Below are positions 58,213-64,000 of a stretch of 64,000 nt of DNA, piece by piece; the first letter of the stretch is position 1; each line of letters begins with the position of its first letter. The notes under the pieces are model-generated. The model saw nothing but the letters and a program-made list of their open reading frames with translations. It did not search any database and was not told where the DNA came from. Position numbers and translations under genes: made by a program. The stretch lies in the NCBI GenBank assembly GCA_964016885.1, contig OZ024750.1, positions 48,670,001 through 48,734,000 on the forward strand. Direction: 5' to 3'. This DNA comes from Eledone cirrhosa. Lineage: Eukaryota.

Positions 58213-58945
58213 TAAAAAACGAAAAATCAGTGATGCATCTAGGCTCAGTTTATTGCGTGTTACAATTGTTTCGCCGGCAGGTAGCTCGAGACATGATCAC
58301 TGTATGGATCTGGGTGATTCTACCACTGCAGGTTCCTTCGGCGCAAATTTTCTCACTGCGGTGTTATCGTAAAAAAAAACACCTTCAAAAAATATCTTCC
58401 ACTCTTGTCATGCCATTGGCTGTTGTTATTATATGTCATCTTAAGTTCTGGTCATTATTTACTGCTACACGGGTCATCAGCCATTTTCCGTCCGACACAT
58501 TTCGATGGAGCCCTGCTGGGTTCGGTATCTCACACGTCTGTTCACACTCCAGAGTATGTACCCACATATACACACACACACACACACGCAGGCACACACA
58601 CATGCATGCATACACATATGTACGCATACATGTGTAGGCACACATACCCTCATGCACATATATACACGCATGAGGCAGTAAATAGTGACCAGAACTTAAG
58701 ATGACGTAGACTAACAACAGCCAATGGCATGACAAGAGTGGAAGATGTTTTTTTAATGTATTTTTTTATGATAACACCCCAGTGAGAAAACATGCTCCGA
58801 AGGAACTGCCCGTGTCCGAAGGAACCTGCAGCTGTAGAATCAATCAGATCCATACAGTGATCATGTCTCGAGCTACCTGCCGGCGAAACAATTGTAACAG
58901 GCAATAAACTGAGTCCAGATGCATTACTGATTTTTCGTTTTTTTT
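58213..58945. mobile_element. Inverted repeat (arms about 58213-58467 and 58674-58945) with CCGA-core HHR-like motifs
   Basis: Right arm: CGTGT-CCGAAGGA-ACCTGCAG..CTGCCGGC-GAAA-CAATTG-TA|ACAGG. The left arm gives TA|ACACG. Confidence 0.75.
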
Positions 58946-59064
<119 letters not shown>

Positions 59065-59217
59065 AATATATATATACATACACACATATATATACATATG
59101 AGTTGTATCAAACATTAAAAGTAATGTGCGGTTCGTTTGTAAACAAACAGCCCGCTTTGAAGCTGTACTCTGCCAGTGACTGATCGTTACCTATTTGTTC
59201 AACACTGGCTTTGAGGA

Positions 59218-59260
59218 ACTATCAACAAGTTTCTGGGTTATTATCCTTCATCAGGACTGT
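59218..59260 (-). ncRNA. Hammerhead-like motif with upstream octamer (59296-59303)
   Basis: Minus strand: ACAGTC-CTGATGA-AGGATAATAACCCA-GAAA-CTTG-TT|GATAGT. Confidence 0.6.
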
Positions 59261-60974
59261 ATACCTCTGCCAGGTAACATCGGGTGAGTAGCCTCATTTG
59301 CATACCGAGCGAATTATAGCACGCCTAGCCGATTAATATATAAACTGAAAAGTAAGCTCTTTTTCAAAATGATATGGAAGCTTAAGTTGAACAAGACTCC
59401 ATAATCTTTTGGTTTGGTCCAACATTTGGGATGTACCCCCAGACAGAGGCGGCTCAGGCATTTGAAGCTACTGTCTGAGTAAGACTGTCAAGATATTCAG
59501 AGGGGGGACGTAAATAACCAATAGTTGGGCTGATTTCTTTGGTGCTTGTCTACACCTAAATACGAGAACATTCCTCAAAGTATATATTTAGATCCCTGCC
59601 TCCTGAGGGTCCAGCTGGATCACCCCCACATCCATCTTTTATCACTATTAATCTCTAAATGCATCCCAGATCCACCCTAAGCTCGTTGTAAGATTGATGC
59701 TTTGCTTCTCTATATGGATTCTCTCGGCCATACCAAATATTTATTAGGGAACCAGCCACGTATCATGGATACTTAACGTGAGATTCACGACGGTGTTAGA
59801 ACCACCCTCTGAGCTGGTTAGATCCCCACTTTCCAGGAAAATGACTCACACCTCAGGACCACGCTGGAATCATTGACTGGCTAATATAATCAGGTGAAGT
59901 ATTTCACGTGTAACATATTCGTGAATATTAATACTTGTATTAGCTCTAAGCGAAACAGTTTATCTTTAGATAATCATACTAAAAATTCCCCCATTTCTTC
60001 CATACATATGCAAATCTGATACGGTTTTTAGTATATTTTATATCTGTATATGATTATCAATCTTGTGATACATGTTAGGCGTTGGTATAGTCTAATATTG
60101 GTGCCATTCGCACTTCCCACCATTTTGTTCTTGTTTGTTTTGTTTTGTTATCTGTCTTTTTTTTATAATTCTGTACTGTTTACATTAAGATTGTGATGTA
60201 TTCCATGTTTACTTAATGACAATCTATCTCCTTAGATTTTTCTTTAATTTACTTTATTCTTCGTTATTCTATTTCATCATTTATATAAGTCAACTAATTG
60301 TCAAATAATGTGTAATGTATTAAATATTGGCGAGACTGGTTATTATATTATATTATCACTACTGCTACTACTTCTACGATCCCTGGGCGGAGTGCCACTC
60401 TCATCCACATAAGTTATCGTTGATGCAGCCTTGACTGTTATTTTGGTTGTTATAAACAAGTACATGACCCAGCAACGGAATGCCAAGGTTAATTACTACT
60501 GATAAATCATCACTGAATAATTTAGTTGCCGACTCATTGAACGAAATCTCAGACCATGGCACCACAAAGAATTCGCAATAACTTGATGATTTAAGTGTGA
60601 AACTACTACTGACCCATAGATACTGGCCTTCTATATGACTTGTGGTGATGCTAGGAAGCTATTCTAAGTCATATGTCAGCGTTGCTTCGAGAAAGTTTCA
60701 GCACGAGACTTGAATCGAAAAAAGCAGTAGAATTTGTTATTTCTTTTTCATGTTTTTTTTCTCTTCAACATTTATCTGTCTGATTAAGTTATAACTGTTG
60801 CATAACGTAGGTACTATATATAACAGGTATTATGGCGGCATGAAGTAAATTCTAACGTGTCTATTTGCGCGTCATAATTATAACTATTCTCCGGAGTATA
60901 CACACCTACTTTTATACATCGTTGGGTGTTATATACTGCATACAATAGTGTCGGTGACAAACAAACATACTTTG

Positions 60975-61038
<64 letters not shown>

Positions 61039-61090
61039 GGCATAAATGAAACGAAATTCATTTCTCTCTCTTAGTATGGCTGTTTCTTAA

Positions 61091-61650
61091 ATATAAGTAT
61101 GTATACGTACATACATATATGTATACAGACGTAAAGTAGTATGTATATATATACATACATGCACACCTATATATATGTACATATGGATTTAGCAAATATT
61201 TATTATAATGCTCGGTGTGTTTGTAAACAAACATCCCGAATTAAGCCGTACAGTGTCTAGCAACCATCGCTGCTCTTTTGTTCAACACTAACAATGGAAC
61301 GATGTACTAGTTTCAAGCTTATTAGCTATCGTCAGCACCGTATATGCATAAGGAAAGTATATACTTTCAGACGTTCAATCATCTTGCAGGAAGGTATACG
61401 GTGCTGACGATAGCTAATAAGCTTGAAACTAGTACGGCATTCCTTTGTTCGGGATGTTTGTTTACAAACACACCGAGCATTATAATAAATGTTCGGTAAA
61501 TCCATACGTATATATATATATATATATGTGTGCATGTATGTATATATATATATACATACTACTGTATGTCTGTATACATACTACTGTATGTCTGTATACA
61601 TACTACTGTCTGTCTGTATACATATATGTATGTACGTATACATACTTATA
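61091..61650. mobile_element. Fold-back element with divergent CUAG-loop HHRs (61299-61341 minus, 61398-61434 plus)
   Basis: ACGGTG-CTGACGA-TAGCT AATA AGCTT-GAAA-CTAG-TA|CATCGT; homologous to 50780-51170. Confidence 0.85.
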
Positions 61651-61907
61651 TATAGATTTATATAGTACAATGAGGATATAGTTTAACGCCTGATAGTTAG
61701 TATATATATATATATATGTAGATAAATCTACCAAAAGTTTACGGTAGTGTCCAATCCGTATGAAAAACTCAATGTAATCCGGATATCATGAAAAGAGAAG
61801 ATGCATTCAAAAACTACTTTCGGTGAAAAATAAACGGAAAACAGAGTCAAGATAAATTAATAAAATAATGAATAAACAAAGAAACAGTTCCTTATATTAA
61901 AAAAAAT

Positions 61908-62049
61908 TCATCATTTTACGATCGTTTCTAGGATATATATGTGTTAGAGTTGGTATGCATATTCTATAGATCTATGTACAATATGTATACAAACTATCAG
62001 AGGGAATATACATACCTACACATATATATGCTGTCTTCAGAAATAATGA
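61908..62049 (-). ncRNA. Hammerhead ribozyme with long stem II (second copy)
   Basis: Minus strand: TCATTATTT-CTGAAGA-CAGCATATATATG..CATATATATCCTA-GAAA-CGATCG-TA|AAATGATGA. Confidence 0.82.
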
Positions 62050-62889
62050 TATTTGTTTATTGAAAAAACAAAGATTCAAAACAATAGGTCTGTTTGGGAA
62101 CAGGTTTTGAATTGACCAATAGAGAGATAGTGAGGGTCAAGGTAGTAATATAGTAGTAGAAGAAGCTTAAATTATGGGTAGAGGAAGGTAGATTTCAGTT
62201 TTGGATGGAAAAGAATATTATGAATGAAGGATTATTTTAGGGAAGAAATAGGTCTTATGCTGACCTCAGAATTAATTTTATTTGTTCATTGAATAAAACC
62301 AACAAAGATCTAATATATTCTGTCTGTTTGGTAAGAGGTTTAGAATTAACCAATAGAAAGTTAATAATTGGCCAAATGGTAAAATAGTAGTAATTGAAGC
62401 TTATTTTAGGGGTGAAAATAGGTCAGGTGGTCAGAAAAAGGTATACAAGCAGTTGCTGTTATAAAATAGTAATGCCAATAAAAATATCTAAGGTGACTAA
62501 AGTTTTACGATAAGAATGTTAGTGAAAAAAAATACATCTATGAAAAGAATATAAATTAATTTAATTGATAGGTATATTTATATTGATAAAATTATACTAA
62601 TACATATAGATATGATAAATAAGATTTAGATGCAGTTGAAAAGTGCTGTTAAAGATGAGGGGAAATTAAAAGAATATAAAAATAATATATATATATACTT
62701 ATATATATATATATATACACATATATATACACATACACACACACATATACACACATATATATACACATATATATACACATATACATATATATATATATAC
62801 ATATACATGCATATGTACATACATACATACATATATATACACACATACACACTTACATATACATATAAGTATTGGGGGAGGGGGGGAAT

Positions 62890-63310
62890 AGTAACTGTAG
62901 AAACAAGGCAAACTGTCCATTAAAAGAAAATTGCCTTTTTAATAACATAGTATATACTTGTAAAGTTAACACTAAGGACTTAATTTATTCATATATAGGA
63001 GCTACATCTAACAAATTTAAGGTAAGATTTAATACCCACAAACATAGTGTTAAAAATGCCGCACTAGCTAATACAACATCTCTAGCTGAAATAATTAATA
63101 GTTATAGAAAGAGGAATATAGATTATGACCTGACCAGGAGTGTGCTCAAAAGGGCCACCCCTTATGAAAATAGTAGATATGAATGTAGATTATGTTCCCA
63201 ATAACTTTTTGAAATAATGAAATCTAAGGATATCCTATTAAATAAGCGACAGGAATTAATAATATCGTGTAATCATAAACTGAGAAAAACCTTTAAATAT
63301 TATAAACCTA
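62890..63310 (+). mobile_element. Penelope-like (Neptune-type) Cys-linker plus GIY-YIG endonuclease, 5'-truncated, one in-frame stop
   Basis: [65 protein letters not shown]. Confidence 0.92.
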
Positions 63311-63509
63311 ACACTTTAGAAATTAATATATAAACTATTTTTAATTTAGTTAACCTATAATTAATATTCTACTACTGATGAACTACATAATTCTGCTTTA
63401 AATATTATAAACCTAATTAATATACACTTTAGAAATTAATATATATACTATTTTTAATTTAGTTAACCTATAATTAATATTCTACTACTGATGAACTACA
63501 TAATTTTGC
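63292..63509 (+). repeat. Tandem duplication of about 105-113 bp in the PLE 3'UTR
   Basis: TTTAAATATTATAAACCTAA..CTACTACTGATGAACTACATAATT occurs twice. Confidence 0.85.
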
Positions 63510-64000
63510 ATTCCTTCTTACAACTATCATTTCCTAAAACTGATACCATTAAGTAAACATATATAATGCTTTAACTTCAGGTTATGACTCTATGTTCCTT
63601 GAAAACTATATATATTTATTATTTCTCACTAATAAATGTTATTCCCCCTACCAATAATTATATGTATATGTAAGTGTGTATGTGTGTATATATATATGTA
63701 TGTATGTATGTATATATGCATGTCTATGTATATATATATGTATATGTGTATATATATGTGTATATATATGTGTGTATATATGTGTGTGTATGTGTATATA
63801 TATGTGTATATATATATATATATATATAAGTATATATATATATTATTTTTATATTCTTTTAATTTCCCCTCATCTTTAACAGCACTTTTCAACTGCATCT
63901 AACTCCTATTTATCATATCTATATGTATTAGTATAATTTTATCAATATAAATATACCCATCAATTAAATTAATTGATATTCTTTTCATAGATGTATTTTT

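Larger units (their letters stand above)
62528..64000. repeat. Inverted repeat arms 62528-62890 and 63640-64000 (runs off the window) flanking the GIY-YIG fragment
   Basis: Reverse-complement match; the ORF track shows the same [19 protein letters not shown] at 62630 (+) and 63898 (-). Confidence 0.9.

Noticed and set aside
63375-63494. CTGATGA twice in the PLE 3'UTR duplication
   Set aside because: No following stem II or GAAA.

Overview
AT-rich, microsatellite-saturated eukaryotic DNA ((TA)n, (CA)n, (GA)n, (TAG)n). The SINE families and repeat landscape suggest an octopus-like cephalopod (inference). Most ORF-track entries are translations of dinucleotide repeats. Recognisable coding remnants are two Penelope-like (Neptune-type) RT/GIY-YIG fragments, a young 5'-truncated CR1/L2-group LINE, a decayed RTE LINE, a CRE-like RLE tail and one candidate terminal exon with a tetraspanin-TM4-like start. 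The main hidden signal is RNA structure. Reading both strands by eye, I find more than 25 minimal type I hammerhead ribozyme (HHR) motifs (stem I-CUGANGA-stem II-GAAA-stem III-UH-stem I') in roughly ten sequence families. Their loop III sequences differ but are mostly self-complementary (CGCG, CUAG, UGUACA, UGCGCA, UAUAUA, CGAUCG, CAAUUG). Many sit in fold-back insertions whose 3' ends point outward into (TA)n tracts. Highlights: a 311-bp tandem HHR repeat (retrozyme-like), a CCGANG-core group with long stem II, octamer motifs upstream of one HHR group, and one HHR family apparently linked to a GIY-YIG ORF. All structures were read manually, none were folded or searched, and coordinates may be off by a few bases.
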